A stretch of DNA of 64,000 nt from the sequence record NZ_CP011600.1. The stretch is one strand, 5' to 3'. Both the position numbers and the translations under genes were made by a program. This DNA is from a plasmid. Under the pieces are notes generated by a model, which did not search any database, was not told the origin of the DNA, and saw nothing but the letters and a program-made list of their open reading frames with translations. Position 1 is the stretch's first letter, and each line of letters opens with the position of its first letter. Positions 44,413-53,864 of this stretch are shown piece by piece.

Positions 44413-45232
44413 GGCACTGTTGCAAATAGTCGGTGGTGATAAACTTATCATCCCCTTTTGCTGATGGAGCTGCACATGAACCCATTCAAAGGCCGGCATT
44501 TTCAGCGTGACATCATTCTGTGGGCCGTACGCTGGTACTGCAAATACGGCATCAGTTACCGTGAGCTGCAGGAGATGCTGGCTGAACGCGGAGTGAATGT
44601 CGATCACTCCACGATTTACCGCTGGGTTCAGCGTTATGCGCCTGAAATGGAAAAACGGCTGCGCTGGTACTGGCGTAACCCTTCCGATCTTTGCCCGTGG
44701 CACATGGATGAAACCTACGTGAAGGTCAATGGCCGCTGGGCGTATCTGTACCGGGCCGTCGACAGCCGGGGCCGCACTGTCGATTTTTATCTCTCCTCCC
44801 GTCGTAACAGCAAAGCTGCATACCGGTTTCTGGGTAAAATCCTCAACAACGTGAAGAAGTGGCAGATCCCGCGATTCATCAACACGGATAAAGCGCCCGC
44901 CTATGGTCGCGCGCTTGCTCTGCTCAAACGCGAAGGCCGGTGCCCGTCTGACGTTGAACACCGACAGATTAAGTACCGGAACAACGTGATTGAATGCGAT
45001 CATGGCAAACTGAAACGGATAATCGGCGCCACGCTGGGATTTAAATCCATGAAGACGGCTTACGCCACCATCAAAGGTATTGAGGTGATGCGTGCACTAC
45101 GCAAAGGCCAGGCCTCAGCATTTTATTATGGTGATCCCCTGGGCGAAATGCGCCTGGTAAGCAGAGTTTTTGAAATGTAAGGCCTTTGAATAAGACAAAA
45201 GGCTGCCTCATCGCTCACTTTGCAACAGTGCC
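44413..45232 (+). mobile_element. IS26 (820 bp) with no target duplication
   Basis: Terminal 14-bp IRs GGCACTGTTGCAAA / TTTGCAACAGTGCC. The flanking 8-mers differ (CTCAATCC vs TCTAAATT), and the two flanks carry unrelated truncated genes. Confidence 0.95.
44476..45180 (+). CDS. tnp26: IS26 transposase Tnp26
   Basis: 234 aa, MNPFKGRHFQRDIILWAVRWYCKYGISYREL... Confidence 0.95.
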   Translation: MNPFKGRHFQRDIILWAVRWYCKYGISYRELQEMLAERGVNVDHSTIYRWVQRYAPEMEKRLRWYWRNPSDLCPWHMDETYVKVNGRWAYLYRAVDSRGRTVDFYLSSRRNSKAAYRFLGKILNNVKKWQIPRFINTDKAPAYGRALALLKREGRCPSDVEHRQIKYRNNVIECDHGKLKRIIGATLGFKSMKTAYATIKGIEVMRALRKGQASAFYYGDPLGEMRLVSRVFEM

Positions 45233-45960
45233 TCTAAATTTAACGCATCAAGCGCGACAGGCTTCCCGATGAAATACCCTTGCGCCTCGTCACAGTGATA
45301 ATGTTTAAGCCTTTTCAACTGCTCCGCCGTTTCCACGCCTTCAGCGGTGACAGCCAGCGAATAGGCTTTGCCAAGGCCGATAATATTCTCAACGATGATT
45401 TTGGCGTTTTCCGATTCCTCCATGGCGAACACAAAAGATTTATCCAGCTTTATTCCGTCGAACGGGAAGCGTTTCAGATAGCTTAATGCCGAGTAGCCGG
45501 TTCCAAAGTCATCAATCAAAAAGCGTACGCCGATATCCTTCAGCTGCTTCATGGTTTCCAGCGTGATATCCGGATTGGAAATCGTCACGTTTTCGGTAAT
45601 TTCTAACTCCAGCCGGGACGGTTTAAGCCCCGATTTTTGCAGCGCAGCCTTTACCCGTTTCGCCAGGCCACGGGTATTAAACTCCACCGCCGAAATATTG
45701 ACCGAAATAACCAAATCGGGCGAGAGATGCACCATATCTTTACAGGCTTTCTCCAGCACCACATCACTCATGGCAACGATCAGGCCCGTCTCTTCCGCAA
45801 GCGGGATGAACTGATCCGGCATCAGTAAACCGAGACGCGGATGCTGCCAGCGAACCAGTGCTTCGACAGCAGCGATACGCGAGGTTTTAATGTCGTAACG
45901 GGGCTGATAAACCAGCTGAAACTGGTCTGTGCATAACGCTTCACGAAACTCTTTTTCCAT
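45208..45960 (-). CDS. Stand-alone EAL-domain protein, 3' end truncated and fused into the IS26 IR
   Basis: 250 aa with EAL motifs (ELEITE, DDFGTGYS). Its last ~8 codons are IS26 sequence. Possibly the urf2-type gene of a Tn21-family transposon (inference). Confidence 0.75.
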   Translation of the reverse strand: MEKEFREALCTDQFQLVYQPRYDIKTSRIAAVEALVRWQHPRLGLLMPDQFIPLAEETGLIVAMSDVVLEKACKDMVHLSPDLVISVNISAVEFNTRGLAKRVKAALQKSGLKPSRLELEITENVTISNPDITLETMKQLKDIGVRFLIDDFGTGYSALSYLKRFPFDGIKLDKSFVFAMEESENAKIIVENIIGLGKAYSLAVTAEGVETAEQLKRLKHYHCDEAQGYFIGKPVALDALNLEALLQSER

Positions 45961-45977
45961 TTCCCGGCGCTGAATTA

Positions 45978-46374
45978 GGTAATGACTCTAACTTACTGAT
46001 AGTGTTTTATGTTCAGATAATGCCCGATGACTTTGTCATGCAGCTCCACCGATTTTGAGAACGACAGTGACTTCCTGCCCAGCCTTGCCAGATGCTGCCT
46101 CAGATTCAGGTTATGCCGCTCAATGCGCTGCGTATATCGCTTGCTGATAACGTGCAGTTCTCCCTTCAGGCGTGATTCATAAAGCGGCCAGCCATCCGTC
46201 ATCCATACCACGACCTCAAAGGCCGACAGCAGGCCCAGAAGACGCTCCAGCGTGGCCAACGTGCGTTCCACGCCTTCAGTAGCTGAGCAGGAGGGACAAC
46301 TGATGGAGATGGAAGCCACGGGAGCACCTCAAAAACACCATCGTACACTAAATCAGTAAGTTGGCACCATTACC
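45978..46374 (-). mobile_element. Internally deleted IS1 (397 bp) retaining both ends
   Basis: Starts GGTAATGACTC and ends ...CATTACC. The internal deletion fuses InsA codon ~17 to the C-terminal half of InsB. Confidence 0.85.
45993..46319 (-). pseudogene. insA'-'insB fusion remnant
   Basis: 108-aa ORF: [17 protein letters not shown] + InsB C-terminus. Confidence 0.8.
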
Positions 46375-46946
46375 GGTTTCCCGAAGCTTTTCTTTATATA
46401 TAATATCATTGAAGTTATTTCTATTTCCCAGAAAATTTCTCAGGCTGTGACTGCAATGGCCGCAATACATTGCACATATCGCCGCTGTGCAGTGGGGGCT
46501 GATTTTTCTGATTTATGTCAAAATTTGGTTCGCCAAATGCCTTTTATGTTAAATCCACGATTTCTATATAACAAATAGCGATTAGCGCTGTTTTCTCGCT
46601 TCAAGGCGTCATTTGTATACGTGATATCAGGTCAAACTGGCCGATACCGCATGGTTAATTTTTTGTTAAGAACCTCGGAGGTTTTAACAAATTTAACATC
46701 TTTCCATTTCCCCCGCCTTTCCCTACGAACCGTCGATAATATCACCTTCTATTTTTATATAATTATATAATAATATGACTTCGGTCACGGTGTGGATTGC
46801 CGCCAAACCCTACAATTGTATTGTGCAATACAATTCTTATGGAAATAGTGTTATGTCCGATATCAAACCCGCAATTAGGGGTAATGGGAGCGAAGCTACA
46901 ATATGACGACATTTGTCTCGGATGGCGCACCGACAGCAAACCATGC

Positions 46947-47381
46947 TCAGCTTAACGCCTCAAATATCATGTCCATCGAAAACCCCTTGTACTGGAGGTA
47001 GCGGATCTGTTTGTTTTTTTCTTTGGCTTCTGATGCCACCGCATCACCAAATTTACTGACTTTCAGTTCCCTTGCCATGGCATACCAGTCCACATCCACT
47101 TTCTCCAGCATCTGCTCGACCAACTCCGGAGAAAAACCTTTTTGCCTGATCTCCTGTTTGATTCTGGCCGGGCCATGTTTTTTTCGAACATGTTTATCAA
47201 TCATGTGCGTTATCAGTCGGTTATCATCCAGATAACCACACTCAACCAGCCTCGACAACGCCTTGTCGATCTTTTCTCTGTTTTCCGTCATCTTACTCAG
47301 TGTCCGGGCCAACTCACCGGATGCGTAATCCCGCCTTGCCAGTAGTGACACCGCGTGGTCATACAGTTCCTGTGATGTCAT
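46947..47381 (-). CDS. RecX-family protein (RecA regulator homologue)
   Basis: 144 aa aligning with E. coli RecX over GYLDD.R ... GPARI.QE..QKG ... D.DW...AR ... QR.L.Y.G. Shares a 4-bp ATGA overlap with the upstream 475-aa gene. Confidence 0.7.
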   Translation of the reverse strand: MTSQELYDHAVSLLARRDYASGELARTLSKMTENREKIDKALSRLVECGYLDDNRLITHMIDKHVRKKHGPARIKQEIRQKGFSPELVEQMLEKVDVDWYAMARELKVSKFGDAVASEAKEKNKQIRYLQYKGFSMDMIFEALS

Positions 47382-48805
47382 GAGGCATCTCCGTTATAAC
47401 GGATACCGTCCTTTCCTACTGATAATCCTTTGATTTTATTTGCCATCAACGGCCAGAGTGCGGTTTTACGTTTATGTTGTTCGTAGAGCGTTCTGAGGTA
47501 GTCCTCTGTTTCCGGAAGCTGAGGGCAATCTTCCAGACCTTCGCCGTAATCGATGGCTTTTTTCATGTCTGAGGCGGCATGGCTGTAATACTTGCTTTTT
47601 GATTGCTGAATGTTGTCCTCCACCAAAAAGCGACGCAACAGGGTCGCCGTATGCGCATAGCCGTGTTTATACAGGGTGCTGGATAATGTCCGTAAAAATG
47701 AATGGGTGATATAAGCCAGCGAGTCGGTGAGGTTGTTTTTTGGCATGGCCATAATACAGGCGTCGATTAAATCATACCGTTCGATGTCTGACGCAAAGCA
47801 GACATACGGCGCTAACCCTGTATCTTTTGCTATTTTCAGGAATGCAGGGCTGTGATCGACATCTTTTTCAGCGGCTTTTGTGTACAGATGATAAAAACGT
47901 GTATCGCATTGAAAAGTGAATGCTGTAATACAGTGGGCTTTCGCTTCCTCTTTTCTCCCTTCTTCAATCAGGGCCTGAATGAAGAGTTCATTCCATATTA
48001 TGTTATCTGTGATCTCCTCATCGTCAATCCGCTGGCTGTTTAATACAGCGAGTGCATCGTCGGACCGCAGGTCTTCCATAAGTAATCTGACATAATCAAA
48101 ATAATGGGTGGAATGGCAAAATTCATCGTTTTTAAACGCCATCGTCAGAAAATCAAGGTCTTTTATTATCATGCTGAGACCAAGAGCTTCCCGGAGGGAT
48201 TGTTTTTGATAATACATATCACGGATTACACGTAAAATATCCGTGCCGAGTAATGTCCGGTATTTTTTAAATATCTCAATTCCAAAATAGAATTCTCTTT
48301 CAACAACGGTGAATATTTTTTTAGCAATGGATACTGGATCGTTGTTTTTTTGTGCTTCCAGTGATTTCATCCACGCATCCAACAGAATGGTATAGTAGCT
48401 CATCCAGCTTCCGCTGGAAGTGTCCACGTTCCCGGTGAATTTTTCGAACTCAAGCATCATTTTTACGCTCAGACTTTCCGCTTGCTCGGGGAGCTCGTGG
48501 GCGATACCCACAAGGGGGTTCGCTATACTGCGTGTCAGCTCGTCAAAAAAGGCATCGGCATCATAGTAATCATAAAAACGTTTGCTTTTGGCTCGTCTGG
48601 CATACTCCTTCTCGACGGCTTTAAGTACCTCTGCTGCCGATAGCAGATACCCATTCACCAGTGTGGTCCTGGCCTGCTTATTATCCTGTATCAGGTCATA
48701 AATAATATTGACCAGCACGTCATGACTCATCTCTGAAAGCTGTGCGGTTTGTTTTTTTGTTAACGGTGCCATGAAGCTCCTCCTGAGACTGGCTGTATGA
48801 AACAT
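47378..48805 (-). CDS. Hypothetical 475-aa all-helical protein of unknown function (alternative start MAPLTKK at 48772)
   Basis: Long clean ORF with no recognisable motifs, positioned between the resolvase and the recX-like gene. Confidence 0.55.
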   Translation of the reverse strand: MFHTASLRRSFMAPLTKKQTAQLSEMSHDVLVNIIYDLIQDNKQARTTLVNGYLLSAAEVLKAVEKEYARRAKSKRFYDYYDADAFFDELTRSIANPLVGIAHELPEQAESLSVKMMLEFEKFTGNVDTSSGSWMSYYTILLDAWMKSLEAQKNNDPVSIAKKIFTVVEREFYFGIEIFKKYRTLLGTDILRVIRDMYYQKQSLREALGLSMIIKDLDFLTMAFKNDEFCHSTHYFDYVRLLMEDLRSDDALAVLNSQRIDDEEITDNIIWNELFIQALIEEGRKEEAKAHCITAFTFQCDTRFYHLYTKAAEKDVDHSPAFLKIAKDTGLAPYVCFASDIERYDLIDACIMAMPKNNLTDSLAYITHSFLRTLSSTLYKHGYAHTATLLRRFLVEDNIQQSKSKYYSHAASDMKKAIDYGEGLEDCPQLPETEDYLRTLYEQHKRKTALWPLMANKIKGLSVGKDGIRYNGDAS

Positions 48806-48848
48806 CTGGGCCTGTTATTTGCCCCTTCAGGCTATAAAATCATCCGGA

Positions 48849-49433
48849 TTAACAGGATGAACTTGCCGCCTTTATTCTGTGAATAGTTTGCCGCGTCGTA
48901 CTGAACTGACGGGCAATAGCACTGATGCTGTCTCCGGCTTTCAGACGGATGATCACCGCCTGCCGTTGTTCTTCATTCAATGCAGGTGGACGCCCGAAGC
49001 GTTTTCCTGCTGCCTTTGCCCTGGCAATACCAGAATGAGTACGTTCAAGAAGCAAGTCACGTTCGAATTCGGCCACCGCCGAAATCACCTGCATGGTCAT
49101 TTTCCCCGCCGGGCTGGTAAGATCAACACCGCCCAGCGCCAGGCAGTGAACCCGAATGTCTGACTTTGCCAGCTGTTCCACGGTCTTTCGTACGTCCATC
49201 GCATTGCGTCCCAGACGGTCAAGTTTGGTGACAATCAGTACGTCGCCATTTTCCATACGGTCAAGTAGTCTGGCGAAACCGGGGCGTTCGCTGGCGGCCA
49301 CTGAACCGCTGATATGTTCTTCGACCAGTCGCTGAGGTCTGACGGCAAAACCGGCGGCTTCAATTTCCCGGCGCTGGTTTTCAGTGGTCTGTTCCAGGGT
49401 GGATACACGGCAGTAAGCAAAAACTCGTGACAT
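48849..49433 (-). CDS. Serine recombinase (resolvase/invertase family)
   Basis: 194 aa ([10 protein letters not shown]...) with a C-terminal helix-turn-helix. Confidence 0.85.
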   Translation of the reverse strand: MSRVFAYCRVSTLEQTTENQRREIEAAGFAVRPQRLVEEHISGSVAASERPGFARLLDRMENGDVLIVTKLDRLGRNAMDVRKTVEQLAKSDIRVHCLALGGVDLTSPAGKMTMQVISAVAEFERDLLLERTHSGIARAKAAGKRFGRPPALNEEQRQAVIIRLKAGDSISAIARQFSTTRQTIHRIKAASSSC

Positions 49434-49445
49434 GGCATAATTTTA

Positions 49446-49530
49446 TGTACGAAATGGATGTACGAATTATAACGCATGTACGAAACTAATTTCACTAAGT
49501 TTTGGACAGGTACTGTAAGCAGTGTACGAA
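49446..49530. repeat. Four direct repeats of ATGTACGAA immediately upstream of the recombinase gene (candidate res/crossover site)
   Basis: TGTACGAA occurs at 49446, 49459, 49477 and 49523. Confidence 0.5.
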
Positions 49531-49564
49531 AACGCTCGCTTTCGGATATCAGCAAATGTCGTGA

Positions 49565-50199
49565 AATTGCGCGTTCGCTCCCGTTGGGCCAATTAAGGCA
49601 TACAGTGAGCTTCAACAGGCTTATGACTGGTTCAATCTTTCCCTCTTTGATAAGGCTCTGCCGGATCTGCTGATTACGTTACAGCGCGGTCGTAACACCT
49701 TTGGTTATTTCGCGCCTGAACGCTTCACAGGGGAATCCAGCGTATCGGAGCTGGCGATGAATCCCGATTACTTCGGTGGCCGATACTCTGTCAACACTGG
49801 TGCATGAAATGGTGCACGTGTGGCAGCATTACGCCCCGTTAAAAAATGCCGGGGCGGCTATCATGATCGTGTATGGGGCGCGAAGATGGAGGAAGTCGGG
49901 CTTATGCCATCAAATACCGGCTTACCTGGCGGGAAAAAGAACGGGCAGCAGATGACGCACTACATTATCAGTCCATCATGGCGAGCCACCTGCTGGCTAT
50001 CAGCGATAAAAAATGGCGGTACGCGTTTTACGTCGCCCCGGACGAGGCGAAAAAGCGCGCCCTGAAGATTATTTTCGACAGCATCGCCAGCGTGATCGTG
50101 AAAAACCAGCATGTGCAACTGGAGGCAAAACACCGCGACGTTTTCCGCTTTTACACCCTCGATGAACTGAAAAGCCTGGAGCTGGACAACTATGCGTAA
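49565..50199 (+). pseudogene. SprT-like zinc metalloprotease gene, frameshifted, no start codon
   Basis: HEMVHVWQH (HExxH) and GGYHDRVWGAKMEEVGLMPSNTGLPGGK lie in different frames. A stop codon sits upstream and there is no in-frame ATG. Confidence 0.6.
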
Positions 50200-50536
50200 A
50201 ACCACCCTTCTGGTGCTGGCCGCCGCCCTCTGCGTGCCCGTGTTCGCCACCGCCGCGCCCGTCCTGACGGCGGGTTTTTCGCCGTCTGACGGGCGCCCTG
50301 CTCTTGAAATTGTGCTCGGCGCCATAAACAACGCCAGGCAGAGCATTGACGTCGCGGCCTACAGCTTCACCAGTAAGCCGGTCGCGACGGCGCTCGCCGG
50401 TGCTAACCGGCGCGGCGTGGCCGTGCGCGTGGTGGCCGACGAAAAGGCGAACAGCGACCGCTACACCGCCGTGACGTATCTGATAAACCAGGGCGTGCCG
50501 GTGCACCTTAACGGCCGTTGCCCTCGATGTCGCTGA
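50192..50536 (+). pseudogene. nuc: Plasmid endonuclease Nuc (phospholipase D family), truncated after ~114 codons
   Basis: Signal peptide and the first half of the PLD domain are present. The second half of the PLD domain, including the conserved HKD motif, is missing. Confidence 0.55.
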
Positions 50537-51122
50537 TCAGTTTAACCACCGCCGTTTTGACGGTTTTGATTTCAGGAAATTTCGTTTTTGGGGAGCCTGA
50601 CTGCTCCAGCGGGGATACGCTGGTCGCCGGTGCAGCTTTAGGGGCGGTTGTCGGGGTGTGCAGTTTCATCGTCATGGTCGTTTCTCCGTCAGTGTGAATT
50701 TCGTCTTCGTATCACCTGACGGTTCGGCCTGCCCGGAGTCGTTCTGGTCAGCAAGGGCGCGCAGCGTGCCATTTACCCTTGCTGACCAGGTTGTGACGGG
50801 GGACGATTACCGGAAGCTGATACGCAGGAGAAAGGCATCACAGGAGAAAATGACGATGTGCACACCCGGACTTACCGCCCCTTTAGCTGCACGGGTGAAA
50901 CCGCCTTTCAGCGTCCGGAGGACAGGTAAAAAAAAGCACTGACGACGTCAGTGCTGCCTTTGTGGCGTGCGGTGTTACACTGCCACAGCCGGTCAGTTCG
51001 CCCTTCCTGAATCCGGGGGCGGTTTGTTTTCGGGGATGTTCTGACCGGCACTTCCCCATCACTTGCAGAAATTCCACCGCCCTTTATACTGTATGTATAT
51101 ACAGTATAAAGAGGTTAATCTG

Positions 51123-51362
51123 ATGCCACGACGCTATGAAATTGACGCTGCCTGGCGTGCGGCCATCACCCGCGAACAGGATGGCCGTCAGACCGTAACG
51201 ACCGCAGCCTTTGTCCGGGAGCTGCACAAGTTCAACTGGCACTGGACGCCCCGCCAGGCTAACCAGTGGATAGAAACGTATGTAACGGTGTTCCGGGACG
51301 TCTCCCCTAATGAGGGAGAAAACCGGACGTTCCAGCTGTTTAATCCGAACGGAGGGCGCTGA
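51123..51362 (+). CDS. impC: ImpC-like small protein
   Basis: 80-aa ORF immediately upstream of, and coupled to, the umuD homologue, matching the impCAB layout. Confidence 0.55.
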   Translation: MPRRYEIDAAWRAAITREQDGRQTVTTAAFVRELHKFNWHWTPRQANQWIETYVTVFRDVSPNEGENRTFQLFNPNGGR

Positions 51363-51363
51363 T

Positions 51364-51744
51364 ATGGGGTTTCCATCACCGGCAATGGATTACCAGGAAA
51401 GTCGCCTCTCGCTGGACAGCTACTGTAAAACCGGGCGTCCGGGCGTGTTCCTGTTCCGCAGCGACTGCATCTCATTCCGGGAGGGCATCAGGCAGGATTC
51501 GCTGCTGATCGTGGATTTCGGCGCGCGGCCGGTTGACGGCTCCCTGGTGCTCTGTGTGCTGGAAGATGAATTCCGGATCATGCGACTGCGTCTCCATCCG
51601 ACCAGATATCTACAGGAGCTGGACAGGCCGGAGAACGTCCGCGCCCTGCCGGATAATGAGGATGAAGGTATCGAGATCTGGGGCGTGGTGACGCACATTG
51701 TCACCGATGCCAGAACAGGCGAGTTCGACGATAGACCAGTTTAG
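51364..51744 (+). CDS. impA: UmuD/MucA/ImpA-like S24 peptidase (translesion-synthesis polymerase accessory subunit)
   Basis: 127-aa LexA-like self-cleaving domain. No umuC/impB partner follows. Confidence 0.8.
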   Translation: MGFPSPAMDYQESRLSLDSYCKTGRPGVFLFRSDCISFREGIRQDSLLIVDFGARPVDGSLVLCVLEDEFRIMRLRLHPTRYLQELDRPENVRALPDNEDEGIEIWGVVTHIVTDARTGEFDDRPV

Positions 51745-52006
51745 ACTTTAGGTTCTATCAGCTTAGTACCCGCAACAACCCGCAACTGGTAAGGGCTGCA
51801 AGAGACCGATAAGAAGTTAGCCTGTAACCGCTAAAAGTAACCTTAAGTTGATCAACCAGTATTAGGGTAGTATTATTACTTCACGGAAGAGTGAAGTCTT
51901 CCGTAAGGATGCAGCAGACTGAAGCAATTCAGACATCCCGCAACCAGCGTTAGTAAGCAGTTCCTATCACTGGTCCAGGCCAAGTCCGGTAATGGCGCTC
52001 TGAATA

Positions 52007-52058
52007 CCAGGTTTAACTACCTGGCGAAACCCACCCTAGAGGTGGGTTTTGTTATTTT
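52007..52058 (+). terminator. Tandem hairpins (CCAGGTTTAACTACCTGG, then AAACCCACCCTAGAGGTGGGTTT) followed by TTTTGTTATTTT
   Basis: Canonical rho-independent terminator at the end of the ORF-free region 51745-52052. Confidence 0.6.
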
Positions 52059-52594
52059 GGGGGTTGAGGAAGTGGCTTTCCTGTAAGCAGGTTGTGCGCA
52101 ATGACGAAGAAACTAACCGATTTTCCGCGTGAAGTTATTTCCACCGGGTAAGCGCTACTGATGTGAAGGCGCAGTTTTTTCTTCTCCCGGAACGCTTTAA
52201 AAGCCACAAAATAATGTTCCGTCTCGCCGTTCGCGAGTTGAACCTCAACCGTGGCATAACTCCCGTAACCCGCGTGGATCACTTTTCTTTGCCCCAGCGT
52301 TTCTATAATACCCCGCAGATGTTGCCTGGCGAGCTGGTAGCGACGTTCGCAGAATGGACGGCTCTCCTTCACGGCATGATACATCAACGCCGCTTTATCC
52401 TCATCTGACTGGTACTCGTAATCCTTACAGAAACAATGACATGAATATGTGACGAGAAAACGATAAACCTTGTCCGGCTTGCCGGGTGCGGTATGCGTAT
52501 ACGTCACCTCATGAGCATCGAGGAAGGATAGATCACGCGTTTCACCGTCCGGGTGCGCAAAATCTTTCCATTTAGTTACTTCGCTGATGTTCAC
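52052..52594 (-). CDS. Hypothetical 180-aa protein
   Basis: Clean minus-strand ORF convergent with impCA. No recognisable motif. Confidence 0.45.
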   Translation of the reverse strand: MNISEVTKWKDFAHPDGETRDLSFLDAHEVTYTHTAPGKPDKVYRFLVTYSCHCFCKDYEYQSDEDKAALMYHAVKESRPFCERRYQLARQHLRGIIETLGQRKVIHAGYGSYATVEVQLANGETEHYFVAFKAFREKKKLRLHISSAYPVEITSRGKSVSFFVIAHNLLTGKPLPQPPK

Positions 52595-53077
52595 TACCGG
52601 CTTCCGTGGGAGTTATCGGGGAAAAACATTATATAGGAATCGTCATTGTACTGACGTTATTCTCACTAACACAAAGATAAAGCATCGGGAAACCTAGACA
52701 TACAGGTGGGTGGTCCAGTTATCCCGTACTTATCCCCTGATTCTGTGGATAATCAATATATGGTATCCAAACCAGCTGCGACTGCTACCGTATATAGTGT
52801 CTCCTGCTGCCGTTCGAACCGTCCCCGCCCCATCATGGACAAAATGTGCTTTCGAAGTGAAAAATTCCTCAAAAACGCCTCGATTTAACATAATGGACGT
52901 TATCGGCACCACGCGATCAGGGTTCGTCCTGAAATGCCCTTCAATCTCCTAAAAGATCATCTTTTTAGAGTCATTTACGGCTATTTTTTTGTTGCTAATT
53001 TGTTAACAAAATCAAGTTTCCGGTTTCGCTTCGATTTTGCGTCAAAAGCCCCCCTTTTTAGTGATTATGGTGTGTTA

Positions 53078-53115
53078 GGGGTCTGACGCTCAGTGAAACG
53101 AAAACTCACGTTAAG
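53078..53115 (+). repeat. Solo Tn3/Tn2-type 38-bp terminal inverted repeat
   Basis: GGGGTCTGACGCTCAGTGAAACGAAAACTCACGTTAAG (one mismatch to the Tn3 IR). No partner IR in the window. Confidence 0.7.
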
Positions 53116-53145
53116 CAATGTTTTCTTGTTACGGTGTCACGTCAT

Positions 53146-53652
53146 TTATAACAAAGGTCTTCTGATCAAAACCTGAGTTCCTGATGGCAATACAGCATCG
53201 AGTGTAAATCCTCGCCTCTTGAGCATCTCGGCCATTTGTGACGAAGATGAGAAGCATCTGGCTTCAAGTGGATGTTTGGCAAAAAGGTGGAGAAAGTCAG
53301 ACAGGAATTGTGAAGCGATACCATCCCCTCGAAACTTTTCTCCTACGCCAAAAGCCTTTATCTCAAGAAATAAAAATCCATTCGGGGCGGCCTGTGTCTG
53401 GAACCAGATATAACCAACAGGCTTATCTGTATGAAGCTCGGCTAGAATGTAAATATAGTCGGCCATTTCCGTACCTGACTCAATCATCGAAATAGTTTTT
53501 CTAAGGCTCTCTACAAGCCCGTTAAATGATACCGGGTCTAGTAATTCCTTCGCATAATGCCCTGCTCGCGCTCCTTCCTTAAGTTCATCTGTTATAAATT
53601 GAAGGTCATCCAGTTTTATACCTCTTGAATACAATTCAATCATTGGTAACAA
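53146..53652 (-). CDS. GNAT-family N-acetyltransferase
   Basis: 168 aa with an acetyl-CoA binding motif (GVGEKFRGDGIASQF). Confidence 0.75.
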   Translation of the reverse strand: MLPMIELYSRGIKLDDLQFITDELKEGARAGHYAKELLDPVSFNGLVESLRKTISMIESGTEMADYIYILAELHTDKPVGYIWFQTQAAPNGFLFLEIKAFGVGEKFRGDGIASQFLSDFLHLFAKHPLEARCFSSSSQMAEMLKRRGFTLDAVLPSGTQVLIRRPLL

Positions 53653-53698
53653 CTCCTAGTAATCTTAAAATGACGTAATCCTATACCTAACATAACAC

Positions 53699-53849
53699 GG
53701 TAATGACTCCAACTTACTGATAGTGTTTTATGTTCAGATAATGCCCGATGACTTTGTCATGCAGCTCCACCGATTTTGAGAACGACAGTGACTTCCTGCC
53801 CAGCCTTGCCAGATGCTGCCTCAGATTCAGGTTATGCCGCTCAATGCGC
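53699..53849 (-). mobile_element. 151-bp IS1 end fragment directly abutting a complete IS1
   Basis: GGTAATGACTCCAACTTACTG...CTCAATGCGC, then GGTAATGACTCC starts again at 53850. Confidence 0.8.
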
Positions 53850-53864
53850 GGTAATGACTCCAAC

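Noticed and set aside
50508-50672. 55-aa minus-strand ORF (MTMKLHTPTTAPKAAP...) in the nuc truncation region
   Set aside because: Short, Pro/Ala/Thr-rich, with no ribosome-binding context. It probably arises from the junction created by the nuc truncation.
51745-52058. Group II intron remnant or retron msr/msd
   Set aside because: No reverse-transcriptase ORF nearby, no domain-V consensus, no a1/a2 flanking repeats. A terminator-capped UTR or small RNA is the simpler explanation.
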